In this document: in pieces, positions 1-10,830 of the stretch
Numbering within the stretch: position 1 is the stretch's first letter
Layout of the letters: every line of letters begins with the position of its first letter
IMG/VR virus record: IMGVR_UViG_3300000976_000009
Location: 173,151 to 237,150 of that record
Reading direction: 5' to 3' (one strand)
Source: a virus
Length of the DNA stretch: 64,000 nucleotides
The notes under the pieces: generated by a model
The model's database searches: none
Told to the model about the DNA's origin: nothing
What the model saw: the letters and a program-made list of their open reading frames with translations, nothing else
Made by a program: the position numbers and the translations under genes

Positions 1-149
1 AGTCAAAGAGATAACTAAAACGGTCTCCAATAAAGCTAGAAAATGGTTTTTTAATAAATTAGATGAAGGGGTTGGTTTATAAAACCAACCTTTTTTAGTA
101 ATAAACCTTTATTTTTCACTATTTATATAGTATAGTAAAATAAAAAGTT

Positions 150-347
150 ATGATTACAGATAAGATTTTAGTTTTAAAAAAAGATGCTAAACTACCAAAT
201 GGTTTAGAGTTTAAAACTGCTACTGAATTCCATATTGTTATGGATGTAGTATATATGAAAGGGTTTCCATTACCACAAACCTTACAGGCAACAATTATTA
301 ATTGGCTTGAAAATAATAAAAATTTAGTGAAGGAGATACATAGATAA
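150..347 (+). CDS. hypothetical protein
   Basis: ORF preceded by a TATTTATA motif at ~120. Confidence 0.6.
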   Translation: MITDKILVLKKDAKLPNGLEFKTATEFHIVMDVVYMKGFPLPQTLQATIINWLENNKNLVKEIHR

Positions 348-757
348 TGTTTTCGGTTTTCGTTTTTGGTATATTACTTGGGGCAATCGTATTCATACTG
401 ATTAGTATGAATAATGAGTTGGTTATTACAATCAATTCTAAATATGGTATTTCTCTAGGAAGTAACTCTGACATAACCAAAGCTTATGTTGCTAAAAGGA
501 AAAAAGATAAAAGTGGTTACAAAATTAATCATTGGAATTATTATAATGATTCTGGTGATAAAATTACAGATAAAGCTTTAATTAGAATAATATACAATTC
601 ATTTAGTCATGAAGATTGGTATGGTGAATATGTATTTTATGTTAATGACAAAGATTTTTATCAAGATACTACTTCAATAGAAGATGTCACTAAAGAAGAT
701 GAGATTATTAATTCAATCGATAAAATGGAAGATGTGGTACATCGCACACCAGTATAA
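347..757 (+). CDS. hypothetical protein with N-terminal transmembrane helix
   Basis: Hydrophobic N-terminus; start overlaps the previous stop codon. Confidence 0.6.
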   Translation: MFSVFVFGILLGAIVFILISMNNELVITINSKYGISLGSNSDITKAYVAKRKKDKSGYKINHWNYYNDSGDKITDKALIRIIYNSFSHEDWYGEYVFYVNDKDFYQDTTSIEDVTKEDEIINSIDKMEDVVHRTPV

Positions 758-773
758 TTAAAAAATATAAATA

Positions 774-821
774 AAAAAAGGGAAATTATTTTGGTAGTTT
801 CCCTTTTTTTATTTATATTTG
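774..821 (+). terminator. intrinsic terminator overlapping a Bacteroidota sigma70 promoter
   Basis: AAAAAAGGGAAA..TTTCCCTTTTTTT hairpin with TTTGG in the loop, followed by TATATTTG. Confidence 0.7.
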
Positions 822-827
822 TATCTG

Positions 828-1088
828 ATGAGTAAATTTACATTCAGAAGTGGAAAGCATAAAGATAAAACAATTGATTGGGTTGAAGAGAATGACCCTA
901 GTTATTTGGTTTGGGTTGAAGAATTTAGACCAGAAATGCTTAAAGAATCAAAGAAGAAGGAAGAGGCTATACCAGAATATAGACCAAAACCACTCACCCC
1001 AAACTACGATTTTGATAATGAGGTAGGAACTTATCTACCAGAAACTAAAAAAGATAATGATGAAGCAGAACCCGAATGGAACTTCTAA
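828..1088 (+). CDS. small protein, DUF3820/ExoX C-terminal-like
   Basis: FxxGKHKDKTI...DPSYLxW motif; ATG at 828 after the promoter. Confidence 0.5.
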   Translation: MSKFTFRSGKHKDKTIDWVEENDPSYLVWVEEFRPEMLKESKKKEEAIPEYRPKPLTPNYDFDNEVGTYLPETKKDNDEAEPEWNF

Positions 1089-1824
1089 AACCCCATATGA
1101 ATGGGCAATTGAAAAAGAGATTAGAGTAACTGGTCTAGAGAACCACCCAGAAGATGAGTACTTATTTTATACAAAGGTTTGTTCTGAGGAAACTGCTAAT
1201 AAAATATTTTACGAAACACCAATGGATGGGGTTACCGTAAAAGAGGGTAAATTACACCTTAAGTCTGAGAAATACTTAGAGTTAAGAATGTACACACTTG
1301 TACCTTACAACTTACTTGGAATTCAAATGGGTATTCAACACGAACACTCTGTTGTGCAGAATGTAGTGAATAATATTATTGAGAAAGTACTTGATGGTAA
1401 GCAAATGGATGAGAAGTTCAAGCTTTGGGCGACTGAATGGAAAACTTCCATTCTGGTTAATGGTGGAACCTCAAATGAGGGACATATGGTTAGACATGGT
1501 TTTAGAGATGTGTGGTACGTTGGTTCAATGCAACAATACCGTGAAGCTTTAAAAGAAGCTGAAATAAATATTTCTGAATTTTATGAACCAGACCTTAATT
1601 CAATGCTAACAGGTATTTCATTTATTGTTGATGAAAGAGTCTTTAAAAGAAAATTATATAAAGATTATGAAGTTAGCGGCATGGACCCAACAAGACAATT
1701 AACTGATGATGAGTATGATTCAGTTAACTATAAAAAATGGGTTGAAAAAATTGGTGGTGAAAAAAATAAATTTTTAAGAAAATTTTTAGACCCAAAAGGT
1801 CCATTAAAATTAGCTAGGGGTTAA
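1057..1824 (+). CDS. phage PTH2-fold (peptidyl-tRNA hydrolase II-like) protein
   Basis: RMYTLV..IQMGIQHEH..KTSILVNGG..FYEPDLNSMLTGISF resembles phage Pth2-like proteins. Confidence 0.55.
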   Translation: MMKQNPNGTSKTPYEWAIEKEIRVTGLENHPEDEYLFYTKVCSEETANKIFYETPMDGVTVKEGKLHLKSEKYLELRMYTLVPYNLLGIQMGIQHEHSVVQNVVNNIIEKVLDGKQMDEKFKLWATEWKTSILVNGGTSNEGHMVRHGFRDVWYVGSMQQYREALKEAEINISEFYEPDLNSMLTGISFIVDERVFKRKLYKDYEVSGMDPTRQLTDDEYDSVNYKKWVEKIGGEKNKFLRKFLDPKGPLKLARG

Positions 1825-1860
1825 CTTGTAATTAACATATATTTTCCATATCTTTGTAAT

Positions 1861-2724
1861 ATGGAGAATATGTTAGATGGTTTAATAAATAAACAACAAC
1901 TAATCGGGGATTATTTGTTGGGTAATTATAAATTCTCTAGATGTAGTGATACTGGTCATTTAGGTATTTTTGACAAACAAACAGAAGAACATATATACGG
2001 TGAAGAAATTGAAAAGGATATATTAGTTTTTTATCCATTCGGTAAAAAAATAGTGACAACAGTTATTAATGTTTGGATTAATGCTAATGGTATTGAACGT
2101 AATAGTAGGGATTGGAGACGTATTTGGGTTAAACCAAAAGTATATATGAGAGATGATTATGGTCATCAAGGTTATATCGAACAATATGTAAACCAAGATA
2201 TTGAAAATGGACCAATACGTTTACAAACTGAATATAATACCAGATATTATGATGACTATCGTTATGGGTATCATAGGGCTACTGAGGCAGAGACTGAATT
2301 AGTTAGAGGATTAGCACAAAGTATAATTATTGAATTAGCTGATGACAGGGGCGTATCTAGATTATTAAATAATTGTAGGACGTTAATGGATTTAAATGAG
2401 GTTATGCGTAGAATTGGATTCGAAAGAGTCGAACAAATGACAGCTAATGGTAGAATAATTAGATGGTTTGAAGGCGATGAATCATTTGAAAGGAGAAGAG
2501 CAGAGTATTACCATAGATTAAGAACAGAGGAAAGGTTAACAATAGTAAGAGAAAGAGTCAACACCCAACATGATTTAATAGAGCGTACCCATTTAGAAAG
2601 AGAAGCTAGATTAAGACATGAGGAAGAAAGGGCTAGATTAAGACATGAATGGCGTATTGAACAAGAAAGACAAGAAAATGATTATGTTAGAAACAATAAC
2701 ATTAGAAGGTACGATTTATTTTGA
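1861..2724 (+). CDS. hypothetical protein, charged C-terminus
   Basis: 287 aa ORF after a TATCTTTG promoter. Confidence 0.65.
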   Translation: MENMLDGLINKQQLIGDYLLGNYKFSRCSDTGHLGIFDKQTEEHIYGEEIEKDILVFYPFGKKIVTTVINVWINANGIERNSRDWRRIWVKPKVYMRDDYGHQGYIEQYVNQDIENGPIRLQTEYNTRYYDDYRYGYHRATEAETELVRGLAQSIIIELADDRGVSRLLNNCRTLMDLNEVMRRIGFERVEQMTANGRIIRWFEGDESFERRRAEYYHRLRTEERLTIVRERVNTQHDLIERTHLEREARLRHEEERARLRHEWRIEQERQENDYVRNNNIRRYDLF

Positions 2725-3274
2725 CCCAGAGGATAAGACTAATAAACACAAGTCTCAAGCATCTTGGAAGAAAATGGCTATGGTTATTTTCAAAGGTGAT
2801 GTTACACAATATTATGCTTGGTTCATAAAGAAGAGATTCGGTGTAGAGCTTTCTAAACCACTCAGAGGTGCCCATATCTCGTTTATAAATGATTCTATAA
2901 ACGAGATGACCACCCATTGTAATACAAAGGCTGAGAGACAAGTTTTATGGAATAAAGTAAAAAAGAAATACCATAGAAAAAAAATAACAGTAACGTTAAG
3001 TTTAAAACCTTATATTGAAACACCACATTGGTGGTTTATTGTACCACATTCTGAAAGGGGTGAATTACAAGCAATAAGAGAAGAATTAGGTTTTATTAAT
3101 AAAAAAACTGGATTAAGTAAACCATATTTTGGTATGCATATGACAATTGGTTCTGCCGTAAATAAAAAATCTGAATTGAAAGCTGATACAAATGTTAAGA
3201 CAGCAAAAAAAATGAATTTGGCACAAACCGATTATATTAAGAAGTTAATAGACAATGGATTTATTAAACTTTAA
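2678..3274 (+). CDS. 2H phosphoesterase family protein
   Basis: Two Hx(S/T) motifs: AHISF and MHMTI. Confidence 0.55.
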   Translation: MIMLETITLEGTIYFDPEDKTNKHKSQASWKKMAMVIFKGDVTQYYAWFIKKRFGVELSKPLRGAHISFINDSINEMTTHCNTKAERQVLWNKVKKKYHRKKITVTLSLKPYIETPHWWFIVPHSERGELQAIREELGFINKKTGLSKPYFGMHMTIGSAVNKKSELKADTNVKTAKKMNLAQTDYIKKLIDNGFIKL

Positions 3275-3316
3275 AAAAAACTTGTGATTTATAATATTAA
3301 TTAATATATTTGCACT

Positions 3317-3592
3317 ATGAATAATCAATTAACTTTCGGAGACTATCCAGTGTATATGGAAGTTATTGGTGAAGAAGTGTTTATCACTTGTAAAGGAATT
3401 ACTGGTACACTAACACAAGGACATAAGTTCCTTAATAAAGAAAAAAAAACTAGATATTATTTTGGGGTATGTAGAATAAGGAGCTATCCAAATAAAATTG
3501 TTAAAATTGATTGTCTAGAAGATACATTAACACAATTTTTATTAATTTACAAAGAAGCCTTAAAATTAAAAAATGGAAATATTCACAAATAA
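3317..3592 (+). CDS. hypothetical protein
   Basis: ORF after a TATATTTG promoter. Confidence 0.55.
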   Translation: MNNQLTFGDYPVYMEVIGEEVFITCKGITGTLTQGHKFLNKEKKTRYYFGVCRIRSYPNKIVKIDCLEDTLTQFLLIYKEALKLKNGNIHK

Positions 3593-5069
3593 CAAGAAAA
3601 TGAAAACTGAAACATCAACGGAAGAAAATCAAACAACAAAAACTGCGGTAATAAATGATACTGATAAAATTGAAGAGCAAAGGCTTAAAGATTTAATTTC
3701 AATTGCAAAAGAGGATGGTCTAGAAAAAGCAATGAAAGTCATGAATACTAGAATTGGTGCTGAGGAACAAATAATTGAAATAGATTATGAGATTAAAGCT
3801 TTCCAACATGAGGGTGCTTATGCTATTGCTCAAGCAGTAGAGCGTGTTTTAGGTAGATTTGATATGTCACCGTCTGGTGCATCTGGTAAACCACCACAAT
3901 TAATTAATATCACATTACCAAATGGTACTGATGTTAAGGCACCTTGGGGGACTATACAATTACCAGGGTTTGATGACGATTGTTATATTGAACTTGACTA
4001 TGATTGGGATAGAAGTGAAATTACTATTGAGGCTCGTATAAGAAAAAGATATGAAGCTGATATGAAGAAAATCATTGATGTTACAAAAGATATTTTAGGT
4101 AAAGAATCGATTTATTTGGGTGAAGCTATTGAATTGGATTTTGATGATAACGGATATGCTGAGGAACCATCTTTTATGGATTTATCAACAATTAATGAGG
4201 ACAAAATCCTATTCTCTAAAAATATAAACGATGGATTAGTCCCAATCCTAGCTAGGATTAAAGAAACTGATAAGTGTCTTGCAGAAGGATTGGATATTAA
4301 ATTAGGTGTACTTATGGAAGGTATTTATGGTACTGGTAAAACATTAGTAGCATTCTGGTTAGGTAAAATTGCTAGAAAATATGGTTGGACATTTATATAC
4401 CTTAAACATTGTAAAGATGCGGCAAAGGCACTTAAAATTGCTGAAAACTATGCTAGAAAAGGAAATGGTGTTATCTTATTTACTGAGGATATTGACCAAG
4501 TAATTAGGGGTGAGAGAGGTTCAAAAATTCAAGATATTGTGAATACACTTGATGGTGGTGACACAAAGAATCTGCCAATAATTTCAATTTTTACAACTAA
4601 CCATATTGAGGTTATCGAACCAACATTCCTTAGAGGAAAAAGAATTGGTTCATTAATTAATTTTGGTGTTTTGGACATGGATACTGCTCAACAATTTATC
4701 GATAAATTAGTGGTTGATAAAAATGGTAACTCTTTAATGGCTAAGGGTAACACAAGTAAAGCAGCGGAAGCACTATGTGGTATTGTACCAGCATTTGCAT
4801 CTGAGGTAATTGATAAAGCTAAGGCTTATATGATTAACCGTGGAACTAGAACAATTACAAATGAAGATATTATAATTGCGGCTAATTCATACAAAAAACA
4901 AATTGAGTTTGCAGAATGTAAGGCAATCGATACCACGAATGAATTACCAAATGCTTTGAAAGTTATTGCTAAAGCATTGGATATTAGTGGAGATGGTAAA
5001 ACATTGCGAGTTCGTGAAGTAATTAAAAAACTTCAAGATGTTGCTGACCATGTTGGTGATAGAGGATAA
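3573..5069 (+). CDS. AAA+ ATPase
   Basis: Walker A GIYGTGKT, Walker B ILFTEDID, sensor TTN, SRH-like FLRGKRI. Confidence 0.85.
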   Translation: MEIFTNNKKMKTETSTEENQTTKTAVINDTDKIEEQRLKDLISIAKEDGLEKAMKVMNTRIGAEEQIIEIDYEIKAFQHEGAYAIAQAVERVLGRFDMSPSGASGKPPQLINITLPNGTDVKAPWGTIQLPGFDDDCYIELDYDWDRSEITIEARIRKRYEADMKKIIDVTKDILGKESIYLGEAIELDFDDNGYAEEPSFMDLSTINEDKILFSKNINDGLVPILARIKETDKCLAEGLDIKLGVLMEGIYGTGKTLVAFWLGKIARKYGWTFIYLKHCKDAAKALKIAENYARKGNGVILFTEDIDQVIRGERGSKIQDIVNTLDGGDTKNLPIISIFTTNHIEVIEPTFLRGKRIGSLINFGVLDMDTAQQFIDKLVVDKNGNSLMAKGNTSKAAEALCGIVPAFASEVIDKAKAYMINRGTRTITNEDIIIAANSYKKQIEFAECKAIDTTNELPNALKVIAKALDISGDGKTLRVREVIKKLQDVADHVGDRG

Positions 5070-5136
5070 AGATTATAAATTATAAAAAAAAGGGGAATCA
5101 TTTGGTGGTTCCCTTTTTTTTATTTATATTTGTAAT

Positions 5137-5400
5137 ATGAAACATAAAATATTAATATTAATATTATTAGCATTTTCTTCATGTGAAGAAAATCTTAAAC
5201 CAATAGGTAATACTGAAATAAAAATAGTTGTAACTAAACTTGAATTATCTGATGGTAAGTATGATAATTCAATATATGATAATGGTAAATTTCAGAGATT
5301 TTTAGTTCATTATAAAGAGGTAAGCACTGATAGTGTTGGTTATTATTTAACTAAAGAGATAGAATTTAATATTGGTGATACAATAACAATTACAAAATAA
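5137..5400 (+). CDS. putative lipoprotein
   Basis: Signal peptide ending LAFSSC. Confidence 0.55.
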   Translation: MKHKILILILLAFSSCEENLKPIGNTEIKIVVTKLELSDGKYDNSIYDNGKFQRFLVHYKEVSTDSVGYYLTKEIEFNIGDTITITK

Positions 5401-5413
5401 TCCTTATTATATT

Positions 5414-5818
5414 ATGGAAGAAGATTTAGAGATTAAAGTTAACCGAGAATTGGTATTTAAAGAAAGTACTGAGCAATTATCTGATATTATATCTAGAGAG
5501 TTTGCAACTGATGAAGAGTTACAAAATTCTGAATACCAATTTACAACTAATATTGATAAGGGTAATATTTATTTGGATGCCACAGAAGTACCAATTTCGG
5601 TAATTAGAAAAATGTTAAATAAAGCAGAAAAAGCTGGTGCTAATTATGTGTCTATTGATTTCCATTGTGACCACGGTGAATATGATATTTATGGTTTAAA
5701 AATATCTAGAGCTACTGCAAAGGTTATTAATGAGGAAAGGGAGAAGGAGTTAATATTGATGGAAGCTAAGAAGAATGCTAGAATTTTAGCATTAGAAAAA
5801 GAATTAAAACATAAATAA
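5414..5818 (+). CDS. hypothetical protein
   Basis: 134 aa ORF in operon. Confidence 0.6.
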   Translation: MEEDLEIKVNRELVFKESTEQLSDIISREFATDEELQNSEYQFTTNIDKGNIYLDATEVPISVIRKMLNKAEKAGANYVSIDFHCDHGEYDIYGLKISRATAKVINEEREKELILMEAKKNARILALEKELKHK

Positions 5819-5820
5819 TT

Positions 5821-6819
5821 ATGGGTGGGCATGCACTAAAAAATACGTTTACAAGACGATATTCAAAACAAGAATTTGAAACAGTTTCACAAGAACTAGT
5901 TGACACACTATTGAAGACATTCAAAAAGGCTGAAATTCCTATGTATTTTTCAACTAAAGAATCTTTTGGTGATATTGATATTATTGTGTCAATGGAAGGA
6001 ACACCAGTTTCAAATTTGAAAGACTATATTACAGATACATTTAAACCTAATGAAATTTTTCATAATGGAAATGCTTGGTCATTTGATTATAAGGAAGTAC
6101 AAGTAGATTTCATAACTTGTTCAGCAGATGACTTCAACTCCAACAGACATTATCTAGCTTATAATGACCTTGGTAATTTTATTGGTAGGATTACACAAAA
6201 GTTAGGATTAAAATATGGTCAAGAAGGTTTGTGGTATAACCATTATTTTAAAGACCAAAAAATTGGTAAGGTAATGATTTCTAAAGATTACCCTAAAATT
6301 TTCGAATTTCTTGGTTTTAGTTATGATAGATGGTTAGAGGGATTTGACACTCTTGAAGATGTTTTCGAATATGTGATTGCAAATGAGCATTTTGATTCAG
6401 AAATGTTTGAATTACAACATTTGAATAAAATTAACCGTGAACGTAATGCAAAACGTAAATCTTATATGTCATTTTTAGAATATATTTCTGAAAACCATTC
6501 TGACCGAACTTATGAGTTCCCAGAAAAGAAAGTATCTGTTGATAAGGCTAATAGGTTTTTTCCAGATGCTAGAATGACTGAAAAAATTAGAGAACTTGAA
6601 TATTTACATTGTAAAAAACTTTATATTAAGTCTAAATTCAGTGGTGGTGTAATTATGTCACGATATGGTCTTCAAGGTAAAGAATTAGGTAAAGCACTTA
6701 ATGGTTTCAAAGAATATGTTATAAAACATATGGATAATTATAATGAGTTTATTATAAACACAAGCACTGATAATATTTATGCATATTTTGAACTATACTA
6801 TAGGGAAGAATTATTATAA
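5821..6819 (+). CDS. Pol beta-superfamily nucleotidyltransferase (phage type)
   Basis: KESFGDIDII motif and QVDFI third carboxylate. Confidence 0.65.
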   Translation: MGGHALKNTFTRRYSKQEFETVSQELVDTLLKTFKKAEIPMYFSTKESFGDIDIIVSMEGTPVSNLKDYITDTFKPNEIFHNGNAWSFDYKEVQVDFITCSADDFNSNRHYLAYNDLGNFIGRITQKLGLKYGQEGLWYNHYFKDQKIGKVMISKDYPKIFEFLGFSYDRWLEGFDTLEDVFEYVIANEHFDSEMFELQHLNKINRERNAKRKSYMSFLEYISENHSDRTYEFPEKKVSVDKANRFFPDARMTEKIRELEYLHCKKLYIKSKFSGGVIMSRYGLQGKELGKALNGFKEYVIKHMDNYNEFIINTSTDNIYAYFELYYREELL

Positions 6820-7157
6820 AATGGATTTTCTTCCATTAATAATTGTATAGTGTCACTAATTCTTTTACAATCTGATTCGAACTCATGAATATCAGTTTCT
6901 TCTAATACAAACCATTCACCCTCAACACGTTTTGAACCATGTTGCCTATGTAACCACCCTTCTACTTTTCTGTAGTGTTCACAATCAAACTTTTTAACTA
7001 AAATGATTTCATCTGGACAACCAGTTTGTAGTTGTTTTATCCTTTTATTAACATCTCTTTTAGTTACACCGATTTTATAATTTTCGGTTCCATACGCATT
7101 AAGTAAGTATACTGTTCCCATAATTACAATTATAATAATTTTAATTGGATTAGTCAA
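6798..7157 (-). CDS. GIY-YIG nuclease, T5orf172/MUG113-like
   Basis: VYLL..YKIGVT..KRIKQLQTG..E..LH..GEWF; true start is probably the internal MGTVY. Confidence 0.8.
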   Translation of the reverse strand: MTNPIKIIIIVIMGTVYLLNAYGTENYKIGVTKRDVNKRIKQLQTGCPDEIILVKKFDCEHYRKVEGWLHRQHGSKRVEGEWFVLEETDIHEFESDCKRISDTIQLLMEENPFYNNSSL

Positions 7158-7180
7158 TATTTATATGTAACTTTATTGAT

Positions 7181-7426
7181 ATGGTAGAACTAAAAGAATT
7201 ACACGAAGAGATTGCATCATTATTAAAAAAAGATTTTGGATTGGAAGAACTCCATTTTGAAATGGAAGATGAGGTGGTGGATAAGGAGTTAAGCTTCAAG
7301 TTAAACCCAAATTGTAATGGTAAAATTATTAAAGAAAGACTTAATAGACACTTTGGTCCTAATTTAACTTTCCATGCATGTGAGATAAGTGGGATTTTAG
7401 GTATATTAATAGAAAACCCTAATTAA
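7181..7426 (+). CDS. hypothetical protein
   Basis: 81 aa ORF. Confidence 0.5.
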   Translation: MVELKELHEEIASLLKKDFGLEELHFEMEDEVVDKELSFKLNPNCNGKIIKERLNRHFGPNLTFHACEISGILGILIENPN

Positions 7427-8166
7427 TTGTCTCCCCAAGTGACAATAGTTTCCAATAAGTCAAATAATTCAGTTGAGAATTGAACTGGGTAAATTTTTGC
7501 CATTACTTCAATAGGTCTATTATCAATTCTTAATATTTCATCTTCATCTTTAGAAGATAGATGATTAAAATGTTTTCCTTTAAATATAAAATCTTCTTGT
7601 CTTGTTCTATATTTTAAAATAATAGGAATTTTAGTATCTAACCTATGTGCGATTAGATGTTGTAAAAATTCATCTAAATGACCTTCTTGTTTTGCTTTAT
7701 TAAACTTTTTCAATAATAGAAGTAATAATGTTCCACTCTGACCAAATTCATCATTAGCAATATCTTCATCATTAGTCCAACTTTGAATAGGTGTTTTTGC
7801 ATTATAAATCATTGGGAAAGGTTTACCCAATCTAATATCTTCTTTGATTTTATTATAAGATTTTAATAAATCCTCAATAGTTACTTTAGTTCCACGATAT
7901 GCCATACCTTCTGGTTGAAGAATTTCTGGATAAGCAGATACACATTTTTTTAAATTACTTGCCATTTGAAACATATTAGTATCAATTCTACTACTATGTA
8001 CATTTCCAGAAAATTTATGTATTAACTCTACATAATCATCTTCTAATTTAGTATTAGTCTCATCACCCCCAAATTCTGGTGAGAATAATTCTTGACCAAA
8101 TTTACTAACACAAGCCTCAATTTGTCCTTCTTTAATTATTGTTTTATATAGTGTTACTAATTTCAT
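7423..8166 (-). CDS. putative R-S-E clade ADP-ribosyltransferase-like protein
   Basis: AYRG, QSWT and EDEIL motifs; N-terminal MKLVTLYKTIIKEG; ATATTTATA upstream on the - strand. Confidence 0.5.
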   Translation of the reverse strand: MKLVTLYKTIIKEGQIEACVSKFGQELFSPEFGGDETNTKLEDDYVELIHKFSGNVHSSRIDTNMFQMASNLKKCVSAYPEILQPEGMAYRGTKVTIEDLLKSYNKIKEDIRLGKPFPMIYNAKTPIQSWTNDEDIANDEFGQSGTLLLLLLKKFNKAKQEGHLDEFLQHLIAHRLDTKIPIILKYRTRQEDFIFKGKHFNHLSSKDEDEILRIDNRPIEVMAKIYPVQFSTELFDLLETIVTWGDN

Positions 8167-8392
8167 ATTATATAAATATCTAAGTTTTTACTTAACATTT
8201 TAACAGTAAAAAACCTTATATAATATGATATATAATTTTTTTCTTTAATATATAGATAAACACTTGGTAATCAATTAATTATGTATCAATAAAAAAATGA
8301 AAAAAAGTGTAAAAAACCTTGCCTTTTACCAGGTTTATGTGTATCTTTGTAGTAGAAATAAAAATCATAACAAAGCCTTAAAAATATATAAA

Positions 8393-9016
8393 ATGGCAAG
8401 AAAAGGTAACGCAACAAGTAAAGTAACAACAGTAGCTCAAGCGAGTACAGTTAAAATTAACAAAGCAACAGACGGATTAGCAAAAATCGTTGCTGAATTA
8501 CAATCAACGAATGATTCTTATGAAGAAATCGTAACTAATATTGAGCTTAAGGAAGCTGAACTTGAAAGATTGGGTCAAGAATATTCTGAGAAAGAAAGAG
8601 AAATGCAAGCTGACCTTAAACTAAAAGCAAAGGAATCAGCATCAGATTTGGTAAACAGTATTTTGAAATCAGAAAATAAAGTTTCAATTGATTCTGAGGA
8701 ATTATCTTCATTAAGAAATGAGTTGGAGACTATGAAATCTAATTTTGATAAAAGTGTTAAATCTGAATCTGAAAAAGCAATTGCTATTATTACAGCTAGA
8801 CATAGTGGGGAATTGAGAGCAAAAGATTTAGAGTTTGCTGCTTCATCAGCAACAATGAAAGCTGAATTATCAACGGCTAATGATAAGATTGCATCTTACA
8901 CTACACAAATTAATGATTATAAAGCACAAATCACTGCTGATAGAGAGGCTAGAGTTCAAGAGGCTCAAGCAAGAGGTGGTCAAAGTATCACAGTACAGTC
9001 TGATGGTAAAAGATAA
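8393..9016 (+). CDS. coiled-coil protein
   Basis: Helical heptad composition; promoter at ~8318-8349; terminator at 9038-9064. Confidence 0.7.
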   Translation: MARKGNATSKVTTVAQASTVKINKATDGLAKIVAELQSTNDSYEEIVTNIELKEAELERLGQEYSEKEREMQADLKLKAKESASDLVNSILKSENKVSIDSEELSSLRNELETMKSNFDKSVKSESEKAIAIITARHSGELRAKDLEFAASSATMKAELSTANDKIASYTTQINDYKAQITADREARVQEAQARGGQSITVQSDGKR

Positions 9017-9102
9017 TTTAACCAATAAACTAAATGAAAAAGCCCCATATTCTGGGGCTTTTTTGTTGTCAAATAATTTAATTTTGTGTAATTTTGTGAA
9101 TA

Positions 9103-9588
9103 ATGGATTTTAATACATATACCAGTAAGGGTTTAACCCACCTACTTCATGAGGAATTAAATAATACTAATATTAATAGTGATTTGGTAAAAAGAATTAA
9201 TATTGAATTAAAGAGACGAATAGAATCCAACCAATTTCAAATGTCAGTAGAAGAACAAATCCATTGGATTATAATGGACACTAACTTTGAGCAAATACAT
9301 GATATTGAAGAGTTTCTTATGTTAAATAATGGAAAACCATTTAAACCAACAACCATTAATGGTTTAATGTTAGTAGTTAAGGAAATGTTAATAAGGATTG
9401 CTAATACGGTGGAAAATGATGATGGATATTCATCATATAAAATTGGTAATTTTTTAGTAGAAAAGACTATATACGATGGTGTTATGTGTTTATCATTTAA
9501 ACATGTAGTAGGTGGTTGGGATATGGATTATGATGCAGTTACTTCACAAAATTATTGCGAACCAGAAGACGAATATACAGGAGGATGA
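9103..9588 (+). CDS. hypothetical protein
   Basis: ORF after TAATTTTG. Confidence 0.55.
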   Translation: MDFNTYTSKGLTHLLHEELNNTNINSDLVKRINIELKRRIESNQFQMSVEEQIHWIIMDTNFEQIHDIEEFLMLNNGKPFKPTTINGLMLVVKEMLIRIANTVENDDGYSSYKIGNFLVEKTIYDGVMCLSFKHVVGGWDMDYDAVTSQNYCEPEDEYTGG

Positions 9589-10058
9589 GATTATATGCAA
9601 CATTTGAAGGGATTAAAGACATCGACCCAAATAAATACGATGCATTTACAGGAAACTTACAATTAATGTGGTCTAATGTAAAAGATGATACTGGGACTCC
9701 ACTTAAAGGTAGCTTCCATTGTAATAGGGCAAAATTATTTGAAACACTAACACTTAGAAAGGGTAATAGATATGTGTTAGGTTGTAAGGAATTACGAGGA
9801 CAAAAGATATACTTCCCAACATCAGTAATGAACACAAGGAAGAACCCAACATGTAATATTATGAGAAAAGCCTTTAGTGATTACACATTTATTAATGGTA
9901 AATTCAAAGGTAAATGGTTAAGTAAGATGACTTATATGGAGAAAGATGAACTTAAGAGATACTTATTATACCTAGGTAGAAATACCAATAATGAAGCTAC
10001 AGTAATAAATGTACTTAGCATATTAAAAATATTAGATGATGAGCAAAAGCAGATTTAA
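9585..10058 (+). CDS. hypothetical protein
   Basis: ATGA overlap with the upstream stop. Confidence 0.55.
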   Translation: MRLYATFEGIKDIDPNKYDAFTGNLQLMWSNVKDDTGTPLKGSFHCNRAKLFETLTLRKGNRYVLGCKELRGQKIYFPTSVMNTRKNPTCNIMRKAFSDYTFINGKFKGKWLSKMTYMEKDELKRYLLYLGRNTNNEATVINVLSILKILDDEQKQI

Positions 10059-10272
10059 TTTAGATTTACATGATGTAAGACATGCAGAAGTTCCAAGAAA
10101 AGTTGATAAATTCATTGGAGCACATTTAATGGGTGGTAGTAAATCGGTAATAATTATTACTGGTAATAGTGATGAAATGAAAAAAATAGTCGCTAGAACA
10201 TTAGCGGATTATGGGTTAGATTATAAAGATACTTGGGGTAACACTGGTGAAGTGGCAGTAAGTTTAGTTTGA
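10036..10272 (+). CDS. standalone Smr domain protein
   Basis: LDLH..IIITGNS..NTG pattern. Confidence 0.7.
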   Translation: MMSKSRFNLDLHDVRHAEVPRKVDKFIGAHLMGGSKSVIIITGNSDEMKKIVARTLADYGLDYKDTWGNTGEVAVSLV

Positions 10273-10287
10273 TAATATTTATTTAAT

Positions 10288-10603
10288 ATGAAAGCATTAA
10301 TTAAAAAATTATTAAAAGAAGGTTTAAGTAGAAAACATTATATTGGTCAGTGTGATATATTGAGACATAAATCAGATACTAATGAATTATATTGGTATGA
10401 TATGATGAAGAATAAGCGTGAAATAACATTCGAAAGATTTTTAAATTCAGTAGATTTCACACCAGTTCTTGATGAAGATGAAACAGCAGAAGGATACATT
10501 AGGGACCAATTAAGGCAAGACCCAAGCATATGTTTCAAATTGGGGAGATAAAGAATCTATGTTCTTACAGACTGCTGGATTTGAATTTATTTTCACTGAT
10601 TAA
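10288..10603 (+). pseudogene. frameshifted hypothetical protein with MKALIKKLLKEGL N-terminus
   Basis: ORF 10288-10551 appears to continue in another frame (AYVSNWGDKESMFLQTAGFEFIFTD*) from ~10525. Confidence 0.45.
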
Positions 10604-10657
10604 GTAATTGATAATCAAATAGTTATAAAAAAATATTAAAATTAATTAACAAAAAGC

Positions 10658-10687
10658 TTGCTAATTAAAATAACTTTAGTATCTTTG
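10658..10687 (+). promoter_or_regulatory. Bacteroidota sigma70 promoter of tRNA array 1
   Basis: TTG-N19-TATCTTTG. Confidence 0.8.
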
Positions 10688-10746
10688 TAGTATATTTAAA
10701 AACAAGGGGTAACCCTTAATAGAAATAAAAAACAAAAACATTTTCA

Positions 10747-10830
10747 ATGCAAACAATTGTAAACATATTAACACTTAACTTAGTCTTATGCCTAGTGGTA
10801 TTAGACGGGTCGAGCTATGTGTTTATGTAA
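10747..10830 (+). CDS. leader peptide 1, MQTIVNILTLNLVLCLVVLDGSSYVFM (Leu/Val/Cys-rich)
   Basis: A-rich translation start, 27 codons, 3' end overlaps the antiterminator strand. Confidence 0.8.
   Translation: MQTIVNILTLNLVLCLVVLDGSSYVFM

Noticed and set aside
2605-2648. 17-nt repeat GCTAGATTAAGACATGA x2
   Set aside because: In-frame ARLRHE duplication inside a charged helix; no further structure.
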